Below, piece by piece: positions 9,988 to 20,347 of a stretch of DNA of 64,000 bases. The position numbers and the translations under genes were made by a program. Below the pieces are notes generated by a model. It had not been told where the DNA came from and made no database searches. It saw nothing but the letters and a program-made list of their open reading frames with translations. The DNA lies in the NCBI GenBank assembly GCA_947626055.1, contig CANQQP010000001.1, forward strand, positions 75,314-139,313. Direction: 5' to 3'. Numbering within the stretch: the stretch's first letter is position 1; the number at the start of each line of letters is the position of its first letter. This DNA is from an uncultured Bacilli bacterium (lineage in GTDB: Bacteria > Bacillota_I > Bacilli_A > RF39 > UBA660).

Positions 9988-11274
9988 ATGATAGATATAA
10001 AATTAATAAGAGAAAACAAAGAATTAGTTAAAGAAAATATTAAAAAGAAATTTCAAGATGAAAAACTTCCTTTAGTAGACGAAATCTATGACTTAGATAA
10101 AAAATATCGGGAAACTAAACAAAAAATGGATGAAAAAAGAGCTCTTAAAAATAAAATAAGCGATCAAATAGGTTCTCTAATGCGTGATGGTAAAAAAGAT
10201 GAAGCCATGAAAATAAAAGCCGAAGTTGCCCAAATGGGTGATGAAATTGAAAAATTAACTCAAGATGAAGAAAATATCAGTAAAGAAATTAAAACTAAAA
10301 TGATGGTAATACCCAATATAATTGCCGAAGATGTGCCAATTGGTAAAGATGATAGTCAAAATGTAGAGGTTAAACGTTTTGGGGAGGCATTTGTTCCTGA
10401 TTATGAAATTCCTTATCACGCTGATATCTTAAATTCTTTTAATGGTTTAGATAAAGAGGCGAGTGGACGTACAAGTGGTAATGGCTTTTATTATTTAATG
10501 GGCGATATTGCTAGACTTTCTAGCGCTATGCTTTCCTATGCTCGAGATTTTATGATTGAAAAAGGTTTTATTTATTGTATTCCGCCTTTTATGATTAGAA
10601 GTGATGTAGTAACTGGTGTTATGTCATTTGCGGAAATGGATGCCATGATGTATAAAATTGAAGGGGAAGATTTATATCTAATTGGTACAAGTGAGCATTC
10701 CATGATTGGTAAATTTAAAGATCAAATTATTAAGAAAGACATTCTACCTATAACAATGACTTCTTATTCTCCTTGTTTTCGTAAAGAAGTAGGAGCCCAC
10801 GGCATTGAAGAACGAGGTATATATCGCGTTCACCAATTTGAAAAACAAGAAATGATAGTTATTTGTGAGCCAGAAGATAGTGCTGCTTGGTATGAAAAAA
10901 TGTGGCAATTTACGGTTGAATTATTTAGAAATTTAGATATTCCTGTCAGGCAATTAGAATGTTGTAGTGGCGATTTAGCGGATCTTAAATATAAATCATG
11001 TGATATTGAAGCTTGGTCTCCCCGCCAACAAAAATATTTTGAAGTAGGAAGTTGTTCGAATTTAACTGACGCTCAAGCAAGAAGATTAGGAATTCGAGCT
11101 AAAGGGGAAAAGGGCAATTACTACTTACATACATTAAATAACACAGTTTTAGCATCAACTAGAGCTCTAATAGCTTTAATAGAAAATAATTATCAAAAAG
11201 ACGGCAGTGTTAAAATTCCTAAATCCTTACAACCTTATATGGGTGGCATTTCTATTATTAAACCTCATAACTAG
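9988..11274 (+). CDS. serS: seryl-tRNA synthetase
   Basis: N-terminal coiled-coil arm and class II motifs CFRKEVGAHGIEERGIYRVHQFEKQE and GSCSNLTDAQARRLGIR. Confidence 0.92.
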   Translation: MIDIKLIRENKELVKENIKKKFQDEKLPLVDEIYDLDKKYRETKQKMDEKRALKNKISDQIGSLMRDGKKDEAMKIKAEVAQMGDEIEKLTQDEENISKEIKTKMMVIPNIIAEDVPIGKDDSQNVEVKRFGEAFVPDYEIPYHADILNSFNGLDKEASGRTSGNGFYYLMGDIARLSSAMLSYARDFMIEKGFIYCIPPFMIRSDVVTGVMSFAEMDAMMYKIEGEDLYLIGTSEHSMIGKFKDQIIKKDILPITMTSYSPCFRKEVGAHGIEERGIYRVHQFEKQEMIVICEPEDSAAWYEKMWQFTVELFRNLDIPVRQLECCSGDLADLKYKSCDIEAWSPRQQKYFEVGSCSNLTDAQARRLGIRAKGEKGNYYLHTLNNTVLASTRALIALIENNYQKDGSVKIPKSLQPYMGGISIIKPHN

Positions 11275-11292
11275 AGCTTTGGCTCTTTTTTT
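11273..11292 (+). terminator. intrinsic terminator after serS
   Basis: agagc-tttg-gctct stem-loop followed by a T7 run. Confidence 0.6.
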
Positions 11293-11391
11293 AGGTGATT
11301 AGACTTATTTGAGAAATCTATATAAGTATGTTATAATCAAAACCAACGGAAATTAGTAAATATTTATATTTTCAAGAGGGGGGGATTTATA

Positions 11392-12315
11392 ATGTCAAAA
11401 GTAGAAGAAGATTTAATCTTCGCGAGCAAACTTATCGAAGATAAAGAAAAATGTGGCGAATATTTTACAATCTTTAATCATCTATGGCCTTTTGCTACTG
11501 TAAATATAAAAGAATATTTAGCACCTTACAATTTAGAGGGAAAAATTTGTGTAACATTACAAGGAAGCTCAGATCATATTTTCGAACTCGCTTTAAAAAA
11601 TCCTAAAGAAATAATTGGGTTTGATATAAATCCTCTGACAGGATATTACGGAAATTTAAAAATAGCTGCTGTTAAAGCTTTAAACACGCCAGAAGAATAT
11701 TTAGCTTTTTTTAGAAATCAAAGTTACGCTGCTAACTCTTTTGATAAGAAAACTTTTCAAGAAATATCTCAATATTTAGAAGGTAATGATAAAATTTTTT
11801 GGGAGGAATTATTTAATATGTATACTTCTTGGCAAATCCGAGAAAATCTTTTTTCTAAAGATGAAGGAAATCAGTCAGAAATTAAAGGTGCTTTAAATTA
11901 TATAACTCCAGAAAATTATAAATATTTAAAAAATAATCTTAAAAATATTAATTTAATTTTTATGAATACTGACATTAAAAATTTAGCATCTGAGTTACCT
12001 TATAATGTGGATTTTCTAACATTATCTAATTTAATTCTCTATGCTCATAATTTATTTCCGGAAAATACCTTAGAAAATTGGAAAAAATTAATTGAAAATT
12101 TAGCATTAAAATTAAATAAAAATGGTCATATAATAGCCGGTTACTTTTATGATATTGAAAATGAGGAAGATTACCGGGATATGTATAATAAATCACTTCG
12201 TGATAAAGTTTTTAATAGTCCTTCTTATAGTTATCATTTATTTACTAAAATGACTGATTTAGCTCGCCAGAAACAATCTTATAATCATGATGCTACGTTA
12301 ATTTATACTAAATAA
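11392..12315 (+). CDS. DUF3419-like (BtaA-like) putative SAM-dependent enzyme
   Basis: Pattern VTLQGSSDHIFELAL..EIIGFDINPLTGYYGNLKIAAVKAL resembles the DUF3419 N-terminal methyltransferase-like fold. Confidence 0.45.
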   Translation: MSKVEEDLIFASKLIEDKEKCGEYFTIFNHLWPFATVNIKEYLAPYNLEGKICVTLQGSSDHIFELALKNPKEIIGFDINPLTGYYGNLKIAAVKALNTPEEYLAFFRNQSYAANSFDKKTFQEISQYLEGNDKIFWEELFNMYTSWQIRENLFSKDEGNQSEIKGALNYITPENYKYLKNNLKNINLIFMNTDIKNLASELPYNVDFLTLSNLILYAHNLFPENTLENWKKLIENLALKLNKNGHIIAGYFYDIENEEDYRDMYNKSLRDKVFNSPSYSYHLFTKMTDLARQKQSYNHDATLIYTK

Positions 12316-12406
12316 AAGCAATAACTTCTTTTAGAAATTGCTTTTTATTTTCTATAACTTTAAAGATATGCGTGGTATAATTAACTTATAAGGAAGTTGA
12401 TGAAGT

Positions 12407-13912
12407 ATGAAAATGGCTTTAAAAAGAGGAACTATTGTAGCAATTGGTTTAATTTTACAGCTATGTTTAACATTATTTGTTTATTTATTTTTAGGAAAAT
12501 ATATTAAATTAATTGGGATATTTTATGCTGTTATGAGTATTGTTATTGTCTTAGGCATTATTAAAAATAGTAAAAGATTAAGTAGTGATTTACCTTGGAT
12601 AATAATTATTATGTTATTTCCAATAATTGGTTCTTTAATGTATGTTATAATTGGCCGAAATATTCATCGTAGTAAACTTTTAAAAAATATTAATAAAAGT
12701 ATTGAAAACAGTGAAAAATATTTAATTCAAGACGAAAAAATTTTAAAAGAGATTAATGATCAAGAATATACAGATTTAAAATATATTAGTGAATTTGCTC
12801 ATTTTCCCGTAACAAAAAATAATCAAGTTAAGTATTTTTCTTTAGGTGATGATGTTTATCCTGTTATGTTAGAAGAGTTAAAAAAAGCTCAAAATTACAT
12901 TTTTATGGAATATTTTATTATTAATAACGGGAAAATGTGGGAAAGAATATTGAATATTTTAAAAGAAAAAGCTCAAAATGGTTTAGATGTGCGCGTTATT
13001 TATGATGATTTAGGTTCAATCGCAATGTTACCTAGTGATTATCCTAAAACTTTAGAAAGTATGGGGATCAAATGTGTTGCTTTTAATAAATTAAAGCCTT
13101 TTGCTGGTGCCATAATGAATAATCGTGATCATCGTAAAATGCTTATAATTGATGGACATACCGTCTTTTCAGGAGGAATCAATATATCGGATGAATACAT
13201 TAATATTACCCATCCTCATGGGCATTGGAAAGATAATGGTATCATGATAAAAGGGGAAGCAGTTTGGAATTTTACGGTAATGTTTTTAAGTATTTGGAAT
13301 GCTTATTTCATGACTGATAATGATTATACTAAATACAAATATGTCTTTAAAAAGAAATATAAGGAAAATGGTTATGTTGTTCCTTATGGCGAAAGCCCAT
13401 TAGACGACGAAATAATTGGCGAAGATATCTATCTCAATATTTTAGGTGAAGCCAAAAAATATGTTTATATTTATACTCCTTATTTGATTATCGATACTGA
13501 TATGATAAATGCTTTAATTAGGTGCGCTAAACGTGGGGTTGATGTGAGATTAATTGTACCAGGTATTCCGGATAAAAAAACGGTTTATAGTTTAACATCT
13601 TCATATTTTGATGTTTTATTAAAAGGTGGCGTAAAAATTTATAAGTATTCTAAGGGATTTGTTCATAGCAAGGTTTTTGTTTGTGATGATAAAGTAGCCA
13701 CTGTTGGGACTATTAATTTAGACTACCGTAGTTTATATTTACACTTTGAATGTGGAGTATATTTAAAAGAAGTTGAGGCTATTAAAGATATTTATAAAGA
13801 TTTATATGATGCTCTTTTAGTATCTAAACAACTTTCTCAAAAAGATTTAAAAACCAAATTCTTTGCTAAATTATGGCAAGCAATCTTACGCTTAGTGGCT
13901 CCTATGATGTAA
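12407..13912 (+). CDS. cls: cardiolipin synthase
   Basis: Two N-terminal TM segments and two HKD motifs (DHRKMLIIDG; HSKVFVCDD..GTINLDYRS). Confidence 0.9.
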   Translation: MKMALKRGTIVAIGLILQLCLTLFVYLFLGKYIKLIGIFYAVMSIVIVLGIIKNSKRLSSDLPWIIIIMLFPIIGSLMYVIIGRNIHRSKLLKNINKSIENSEKYLIQDEKILKEINDQEYTDLKYISEFAHFPVTKNNQVKYFSLGDDVYPVMLEELKKAQNYIFMEYFIINNGKMWERILNILKEKAQNGLDVRVIYDDLGSIAMLPSDYPKTLESMGIKCVAFNKLKPFAGAIMNNRDHRKMLIIDGHTVFSGGINISDEYINITHPHGHWKDNGIMIKGEAVWNFTVMFLSIWNAYFMTDNDYTKYKYVFKKKYKENGYVVPYGESPLDDEIIGEDIYLNILGEAKKYVYIYTPYLIIDTDMINALIRCAKRGVDVRLIVPGIPDKKTVYSLTSSYFDVLLKGGVKIYKYSKGFVHSKVFVCDDKVATVGTINLDYRSLYLHFECGVYLKEVEAIKDIYKDLYDALLVSKQLSQKDLKTKFFAKLWQAILRLVAPMM

Positions 13913-13967
13913 AAGTTATTGAACTTATTAAGCAAATTTAATATAATTTTTCTAAGAGGCGAAAGAA

Positions 13968-14309
13968 ATGAATAGAAATATTGTTACTTGTATTATTTTG
14001 ACTGTTATTACTTGTGGTATCTATGGTATTTATTGGTTTATTGTCATAACAGATGATGTTGCAAGAGTTACTGACGATCATTCAATGAGTGGGGGAGTAT
14101 CATTTTTACTTAATTTAATTACTTGCGGGATATACGGAATATATTGGGCTTTTCAAATGGGAAGAAAACTATATGATTACTCCAATAAAAATAATTTAGG
14201 TCTTGCTGATAATGCCATTGTATATTTATTACTTCAAATATTTGGTTTTGGCATTGTAAATTATGCTTTAATTCAAAATGATTTAAATAGACTTAGTCAA
14301 AATAATTAA
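13968..14309 (+). CDS. DUF4234 small membrane protein
   Basis: Duplicated TCGIYGIYW motif in two TM hairpins. Confidence 0.6.
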   Translation: MNRNIVTCIILTVITCGIYGIYWFIVITDDVARVTDDHSMSGGVSFLLNLITCGIYGIYWAFQMGRKLYDYSNKNNLGLADNAIVYLLLQIFGFGIVNYALIQNDLNRLSQNN

Positions 14310-14346
14310 AAAGAAAATATATTTTCTTTTTTAAGTTGGTGAAAAG

Positions 14347-14739
14347 ATGCAAAAAAATTATTTAATTAAAATAGGTATTGGTTTTATTATTTTGATAGTC
14401 TACCTTTTAGTAGGAAGTTATTTTAATTTATATATACCTTGTCCCTTTTATAAATTGACGCATTTTTACTGTCCAGGTTGTGGCATAACTAGGGCTTTAA
14501 GATCTTTATTAAGTTTAGATTTTTATCAAGCTTTTCGCTATTATAATTTAATTATCTTATTACCAATATTTTTAATATATTATGGTGAGGATTTTTTAGA
14601 AAAAAAGGGGATAAAAAATTTTAATTTAAGAAGATTTATGACTAATAAGTTTTGGTATGCAATTCTCATTTTCGTAATTATTTATGGAATTATGAGAAAT
14701 TTACCTTGGTTTGATTATTTAGTACCAACGAAAATTTAA
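14347..14739 (+). CDS. DUF2752 membrane protein
   Basis: CPFYKLTHFYCPGCGITRA motif. Confidence 0.65.
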   Translation: MQKNYLIKIGIGFIILIVYLLVGSYFNLYIPCPFYKLTHFYCPGCGITRALRSLLSLDFYQAFRYYNLIILLPIFLIYYGEDFLEKKGIKNFNLRRFMTNKFWYAILIFVIIYGIMRNLPWFDYLVPTKI

Positions 14740-14802
14740 AGGCATATGCCTTTTTTTCTTGGGGGTAATTTGCTATAATAGGGAAGTATTGGAAGTGATG
14801 AA

Positions 14803-16203
14803 ATGAATCTACCAGATTTAAAAAAAGCGCGAATTAGAACCGATAAAGAAGTTGAATATATATATTTAAATGACCATTATCAAAAACTTTTCTCTGGTCA
14901 AAAATATTTTTTAAAAACTTATGGATGTCAAATGAACGTTCATGATTCTGAAGAAATAGCGGCTCGTTTGGAATCTTTAGGATTTAGTAAAACCGAGGTT
15001 TTAGAAGAGGCGGATATCGTAATTTTAAATACCTGTGCGATAAGAGAAAATGCTCATGATAAATTATATGGTTTTTTAGGACGCTGTAAGCATTTAAAAA
15101 AAGAAAAAAAAGATGTAATTATTGGTATATGCGGCTGTATGGCTCAAGAAGAAAATGTTGTGGAAGAAATTATGAATAAACATCAATATATAGATATAGT
15201 TTTTGGTACGCATAATATTTATAAATTACAAGATTTAATTATTAATAAAAAAGAAAAACAAAACATTGAAGTGTATTCATGCGAAGGTGATGTATATGAA
15301 AATGTGCCTTACAAAAGAGATTCGCAAATTAAAGCATGGGTTAATATCCAATATGGTTGTGATAAATTCTGTACATATTGTATAGTTCCTTATACAAGAG
15401 GTAAGCAAAGAAGTCGTAAAAGTCAAGAAATCATTAAAGAAGTTGAAGATTTAGTTAAAAGTGGTTATAAAGAAGTTACATTGCTTGGCCAAAATGTTAA
15501 TGCATATGGCAAAGAATTAAAAGACGAAATAAACTTTGCCGAGCTTTTAGAAGAAGTTGCTAAGACAGGAATAGAGCGTATTCGTTTTGTTACTTCCCAT
15601 CCTTGGGATTTTACTGATGAAATGATTAAAGTCATTGCGAAATATGATAATATTATGCCTTATATTCATTTACCACTACAATCCGGCTCATCAAAAATTT
15701 TAAAATTAATGGGTCGTCGTTATACTAAAGAAGAATATTTAACTTTGTATCATAAAATAAAAGAGACTATTCCTAATGTGGCTATTACTACGGATATTAT
15801 TGTTGGTTTTCCTAATGAAACAGATGCAGATTTTAAAGAAACTCTTGATGTTGTAAATGCTTGTCAATTTGATAGCGCCTTTACATTTATTTATAGCCCA
15901 AGAGAGGGAACTCCGGCAGCAAAAATTGAAGATAAAACTCCTGGGTCTATTAAAGAAGAACGTTTACATAAATTAAACGAACTGATTAATAGTTATAGTT
16001 TAAAAGCTAATCAAAAATATCTTGGAAAAACAGTCAAAGTTTTAATTGAAGGGGAAAGTGAAAAAGATAGCACCAAAGTATTTGGATACACTGAAACCAT
16101 GAAATTAGTAAATGTAGATAATGCTTCTGATAAAATCGGCGAAATTATTGATGTTAAAATAACTGATGCTAAAAGCTTTAGCTTAGATGGAATTTATCAA
16201 TAG
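14803..16203 (+). CDS. miaB: tRNA-2-methylthio-N6-dimethylallyladenosine synthase MiaB
   Basis: UPF0004 N-terminal Cys triad (YGCQMN, NTCAIRE, GCMAQ), radical SAM CDKFCTYC, C-terminal TRAM domain. Confidence 0.92.
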   Translation: MNLPDLKKARIRTDKEVEYIYLNDHYQKLFSGQKYFLKTYGCQMNVHDSEEIAARLESLGFSKTEVLEEADIVILNTCAIRENAHDKLYGFLGRCKHLKKEKKDVIIGICGCMAQEENVVEEIMNKHQYIDIVFGTHNIYKLQDLIINKKEKQNIEVYSCEGDVYENVPYKRDSQIKAWVNIQYGCDKFCTYCIVPYTRGKQRSRKSQEIIKEVEDLVKSGYKEVTLLGQNVNAYGKELKDEINFAELLEEVAKTGIERIRFVTSHPWDFTDEMIKVIAKYDNIMPYIHLPLQSGSSKILKLMGRRYTKEEYLTLYHKIKETIPNVAITTDIIVGFPNETDADFKETLDVVNACQFDSAFTFIYSPREGTPAAKIEDKTPGSIKEERLHKLNELINSYSLKANQKYLGKTVKVLIEGESEKDSTKVFGYTETMKLVNVDNASDKIGEIIDVKITDAKSFSLDGIYQ

Positions 16204-16265
16204 GGAATATTGCTTGTCAAAATAAAGTATTAAATTATAATAATATTAATTAGGAGGGTTTAGAT

Positions 16266-17654
16266 ATGAAAGAAAAAATCGATTGGAAAGAAAAATTAGG
16301 GGCTATTGATAAAAAAATAAAAGAAAATATGAGTGAAGAAGAAAAAGAAAAATTACAAAAAGAAGAAGAAAATTTTAAGATTTTAGAAACTATTTTAAGA
16401 TATTATTATAAACATTTAATAAAAATTAAACATAAAAATTTAAATATTGTTGATGTCGCTGAATATTTTAATATTCCTATAGATATAAAGCGATTATATG
16501 ACTATGAAATTCATTTTTTAAGAAATGACATATTTCCTGTTATAGAGATAATTGATACAAAAGAAAATATCCAATACATAAGTAATTTCTACGTAAAAGG
16601 AGAGTTACTAGATGTGACTGATAATCCTATTTTCAATAATTTGGATATAACTAATTTTAATACTAATATTCAAACTAAGTACTTATATTATATTGGTCAA
16701 AATAGTCCTATTAAATCTCAACTAATTATACCAAATGATAAATATGAATTGGTATTTGAAAAAGAACAGCCAAATGATTTGGGATTTGGAAATAGTAGTA
16801 ATATTTTTGTAGTCCGCTTTTATGAAAAATATGAAAAAGAAGGCATGACCAAAAAAGAACAGTTATTTGCTAATCACTTTCATACCTTTGAAAACGATAT
16901 TGAAAATACTATGAAACAATTTATTACTTATGATTTTACTTCTTCTGATTTACCAAGAGAAGATAGACAAGATATTTATGCTTATACAATCAATAGCAAT
17001 ATTATTCATGGGATTAATGAATTAGAAACTATAAATGAACATATTACTTTTAATGCTTTTGCTAGTATGGAAAATACAAAAATAACCAATATAGAAAGAT
17101 ATCTTCCTATAAATTATATTAGTTATGAAAAAGAAGAATTAAAGAGTGACAATATAAATGCTGCTATTTGGTTTTCGGGCTATAATACTGATAATACTTA
17201 TTATGCCATTAAGATATTTAAGAAATTTGATAAAATTAATTTAAATTTACATTGTAGATATATAGATGAACAACATCATACTATCGAAAAAACTGAAATA
17301 AGAGAATTACCTATTTTAGTTAGTGGTAAATTAACAATTGAGGAAATAGACAGTATAATAGATTTATTAAATCATATTTATCCTGATAATTTATTTATGT
17401 CATATGCCATAGACCAAATAAGGAAATTTCAAACTGAAATAAAAATAAAAGAAAAAATTATAAATAAAGAGGAAAATTTACTAGACCCAGAAATGTTATC
17501 TTCAAAAGAATATGACGAAATAACTAATATGGTTTTAGAAAATAAGAGTGCTTATTTTGATTTAGCGTTAGAACAATTTTATAATGCTACGCACATGGGC
17601 GAAGCAAGAGAAAAGAAACAAAATCAATATCAAAAATTACTCAATAAAAAGTAA
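16266..17654 (+). CDS. hypothetical protein, 462 aa
   Basis: Long ORF with RBS aggagg; no motif recognised. Confidence 0.6.
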   Translation: MKEKIDWKEKLGAIDKKIKENMSEEEKEKLQKEEENFKILETILRYYYKHLIKIKHKNLNIVDVAEYFNIPIDIKRLYDYEIHFLRNDIFPVIEIIDTKENIQYISNFYVKGELLDVTDNPIFNNLDITNFNTNIQTKYLYYIGQNSPIKSQLIIPNDKYELVFEKEQPNDLGFGNSSNIFVVRFYEKYEKEGMTKKEQLFANHFHTFENDIENTMKQFITYDFTSSDLPREDRQDIYAYTINSNIIHGINELETINEHITFNAFASMENTKITNIERYLPINYISYEKEELKSDNINAAIWFSGYNTDNTYYAIKIFKKFDKINLNLHCRYIDEQHHTIEKTEIRELPILVSGKLTIEEIDSIIDLLNHIYPDNLFMSYAIDQIRKFQTEIKIKEKIINKEENLLDPEMLSSKEYDEITNMVLENKSAYFDLALEQFYNATHMGEAREKKQNQYQKLLNKK

Positions 17655-17692
17655 AATAGAAGTATAGTATATAAATAGATAAAATCACTCAT

Positions 17693-18022
17693 CTATTTTT
17701 TTATAAATTTAATTTGGCTACCAACTTTAAAATATTTACCTAATCCTTTTGGTAATTCTAAAATATTAGTTTCATAAATATCTCTATTAATGGAAAGTAT
17801 TTTATGAGGTTTAAAATCACTTAAAATAAATAAAATAGTATTTTGATTATCCAAAACTAAAACATCAATTGCTTCTTGCATACTATAAGTTTGAATAGTA
17901 TTACAAGATTTAAAGTACATACCAAAATTAATATTGGTAGTATTACTGAAACCAATCATTTTTTCTTTTAAAGTTAATGGTACTTTAACTTCGATATCTC
18001 GATTATTTATTCTTAGTATCAT
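17693..18022 (-). CDS. DUF192 domain protein
   Basis: KMIGFS...GMYF...NTIQTY...IDVLVLD...ILELPKG pattern of DUF192 (COG1430). Confidence 0.55.
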   Translation of the reverse strand: MILRINNRDIEVKVPLTLKEKMIGFSNTTNINFGMYFKSCNTIQTYSMQEAIDVLVLDNQNTILFILSDFKPHKILSINRDIYETNILELPKGLGKYFKVGSQIKFIKK

Positions 18023-18120
18023 AATAAATAATATGCTTTAGCATGACAAAATTTGACAATTTAAAGCTTATTAATTGCGCCTTTTTTTTAAATAAGTTAT
18101 AATAATAAAGGTGAGAATAA

Positions 18121-20280
18121 ATGGCTAAGAAGAAAAAGAAGAAAGAAGATACATCAAAAAGTTTTAATTATAGTGTTGAATTAAATGGCCTATTATTAAT
18201 ATTAATTGGATTAATTGGGTTTGGTACCTTTGGCCCGGTAGGAAAAGTTATTAAAAATTTTGCAATTTTTTTAATGGGTTCATGGTATGTAGTGGCGCTA
18301 CTTTCGGTTTTAATTTTGGGAATATACATGATAATAAAAAGAAAACTTCCTAATTTATTTACCACCCGAATGATTGGCTTTTATTTTTTGCTAATTGCTA
18401 TTTTAATGTTTTCCCATTTAGAATATGCTGTAGCTAATGAACTTAAAGGAAAAGCTATTATCAGTACCACAATCGATAATTTTATGGGAGCAACTAGTAG
18501 TTTAAACTCTAATGTCGGAGGAGGAATAATTGGTGCTTTATTTATTCTTTTATTTACCTCTCTTCTCGATGTCACAGGTTCTAAAATAATAATTGGTGTT
18601 TTAGCTATATTTGGTTTAATTTTAGTCTTTGATATAACTATTGCAGATATATTTAAAAAGATCAAAGAAATATTTATTAATCTTAAAAATAAAAAACAAG
18701 AACGTAAAAAAGAACATAATAATGAAGAAGAAGCCGAAAATGAAGAAGTTGATGACAATAAAATTATTATTACTAGTGCCGAAGAATTAAAAGTAAATAA
18801 TCAGCCTGAAGAAATTAGCACGCCAGCTCAAAATTTAGAAGTAGCACCTGTTAATGCTAATTATATTTTGCCGTCAATCAATTTATTAGAAAATCCAAAA
18901 CATCAAGCTAAAGTAAACTCTAATGATTTTATTAAATCAAATAAAATGATTTTAGAAAGAGTATTAAATGACTTTGGTATTAAAGGAACTGTAGTCGAAA
19001 TTCATGTAGGACCAGCAGTTACGCAATATGAACTGTCTGTTTTATCCGGTACTAAAGTAAGTAGAATTAAAAACCTTGATAAAGAAATCGCTCTTGCCTT
19101 AGCGGCGAAGAACGTTGCTATCGAAGCACCAATCCCAGGTAAAAATACCGTTGGAATTGAAATTCCCAATCCTTCAATTGCAGCCGTTAAAATTAAAGAG
19201 GTGCTAGCTAATATTCCGGCTAGTGCGAAAAACTCTAAAATATTAGTAGCTTTAGGAAAAGACTTAATGGGAAGAGTGCAAACGGCAGATATATCCAAAA
19301 TGCCACATTTATTAGTAGCTGGTTCTACGGGTAGTGGTAAATCTGTATGTATGAATAGTATAATTGCCTCAATTTTAATGCGTTATCGTCCCGATGAAGT
19401 AAAACTTGTTTTAGTTGATCCTAAAAAAGTAGAAATGTCTAATTATAATGGTATTCCTCATTTATTATGGCCAGTTTTAACTGATCCTAAAAAGGCTTCT
19501 GTTGCTTTACAAAAGTTAGTTGATATGATGGATAATCGTTACAATATGTTTGCAGACAATGGCGTTAAAAAAATTGAAGAATATAATGTTTTAGCCAATA
19601 AAAAAGGCTTAGATAAAATGCCATACATTGTTATAATTATTGATGAACTTGCAGATTTAATGATGGTTGCATCCAAAGAAGTGGAAGGTTCTATTCAAAG
19701 AATTACGCAACTTGCAAGAGCGGCCGGAATTCATTTAATAGTAGCTACTCAAAGACCAAGTACAAATGTTATAACTGGAGTTATTAAAGCTAATATTCCA
19801 TCTCGTATAGCCTTTGCTGTAGCTTCTTCAATCGATTCCCGTACTATTTTAGATGGGGGGGGAGCCGAAAAATTACTTGGTAAAGGAGATATGTTATACT
19901 TGCCAATGGGGGAAAATACTCCTATTCGTATTCAAGGTTGTTTTATAACTGATGAGGAAACCCAAAAAATTATCAATCATGTTTGTTCTCAACAGAAAGC
20001 CATGTATGATAATACTTTGCAACAAGCGGAAATGGAAGAACATAATCCCATTTCCAGTGAGAAAGAAGAATATGATGATCCCCTTTATAATGAAATCGTT
20101 GATTTTGCAATCGAAACCGGAAAAATTAGTGCTTCACTTCTACAAAGAAGATTTAGGTTAGGTTATAACCGTGCGGCGAGAATCGTTGATTTATTAGAAG
20201 AAAGAGGAATTATTGGACCTTCTAATGGCTCTAAGCCTCGAGAAGTTTTAGTTAAATTGCAAAAAGATGAAGAGTCCTAA
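18121..20280 (+). CDS. ftsK: DNA translocase FtsK/SpoIIIE
   Basis: N-terminal TM segments, linker, motor with Walker A GSTGSGKS and Walker B IIDELADL, C-terminal gamma wHTH LLQRRFRLGYNRAARIVDLLEERGI. Confidence 0.95.
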   Translation: MAKKKKKKEDTSKSFNYSVELNGLLLILIGLIGFGTFGPVGKVIKNFAIFLMGSWYVVALLSVLILGIYMIIKRKLPNLFTTRMIGFYFLLIAILMFSHLEYAVANELKGKAIISTTIDNFMGATSSLNSNVGGGIIGALFILLFTSLLDVTGSKIIIGVLAIFGLILVFDITIADIFKKIKEIFINLKNKKQERKKEHNNEEEAENEEVDDNKIIITSAEELKVNNQPEEISTPAQNLEVAPVNANYILPSINLLENPKHQAKVNSNDFIKSNKMILERVLNDFGIKGTVVEIHVGPAVTQYELSVLSGTKVSRIKNLDKEIALALAAKNVAIEAPIPGKNTVGIEIPNPSIAAVKIKEVLANIPASAKNSKILVALGKDLMGRVQTADISKMPHLLVAGSTGSGKSVCMNSIIASILMRYRPDEVKLVLVDPKKVEMSNYNGIPHLLWPVLTDPKKASVALQKLVDMMDNRYNMFADNGVKKIEEYNVLANKKGLDKMPYIVIIIDELADLMMVASKEVEGSIQRITQLARAAGIHLIVATQRPSTNVITGVIKANIPSRIAFAVASSIDSRTILDGGGAEKLLGKGDMLYLPMGENTPIRIQGCFITDEETQKIINHVCSQQKAMYDNTLQQAEMEEHNPISSEKEEYDDPLYNEIVDFAIETGKISASLLQRRFRLGYNRAARIVDLLEERGIIGPSNGSKPREVLVKLQKDEES

Positions 20281-20347
20281 TTGGACTTTTTTATTGACTT
20301 TAATTTTAAGTCATATATAATAAAATACTTAGAAAAAGGGATTTTAG

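Noticed and set aside
18047-18060. The 14-mer CAAAATTTGACAAT is identical at 18047-18060 and 34880-34893. I considered it as a shared regulatory element.
   Set aside because: Both copies contain a -35-like TTGACA. In a genome this AT-rich, my rough expectation is that many identical 14-mer pairs occur by chance in 64 kb. The first copy has no properly spaced -10 box.
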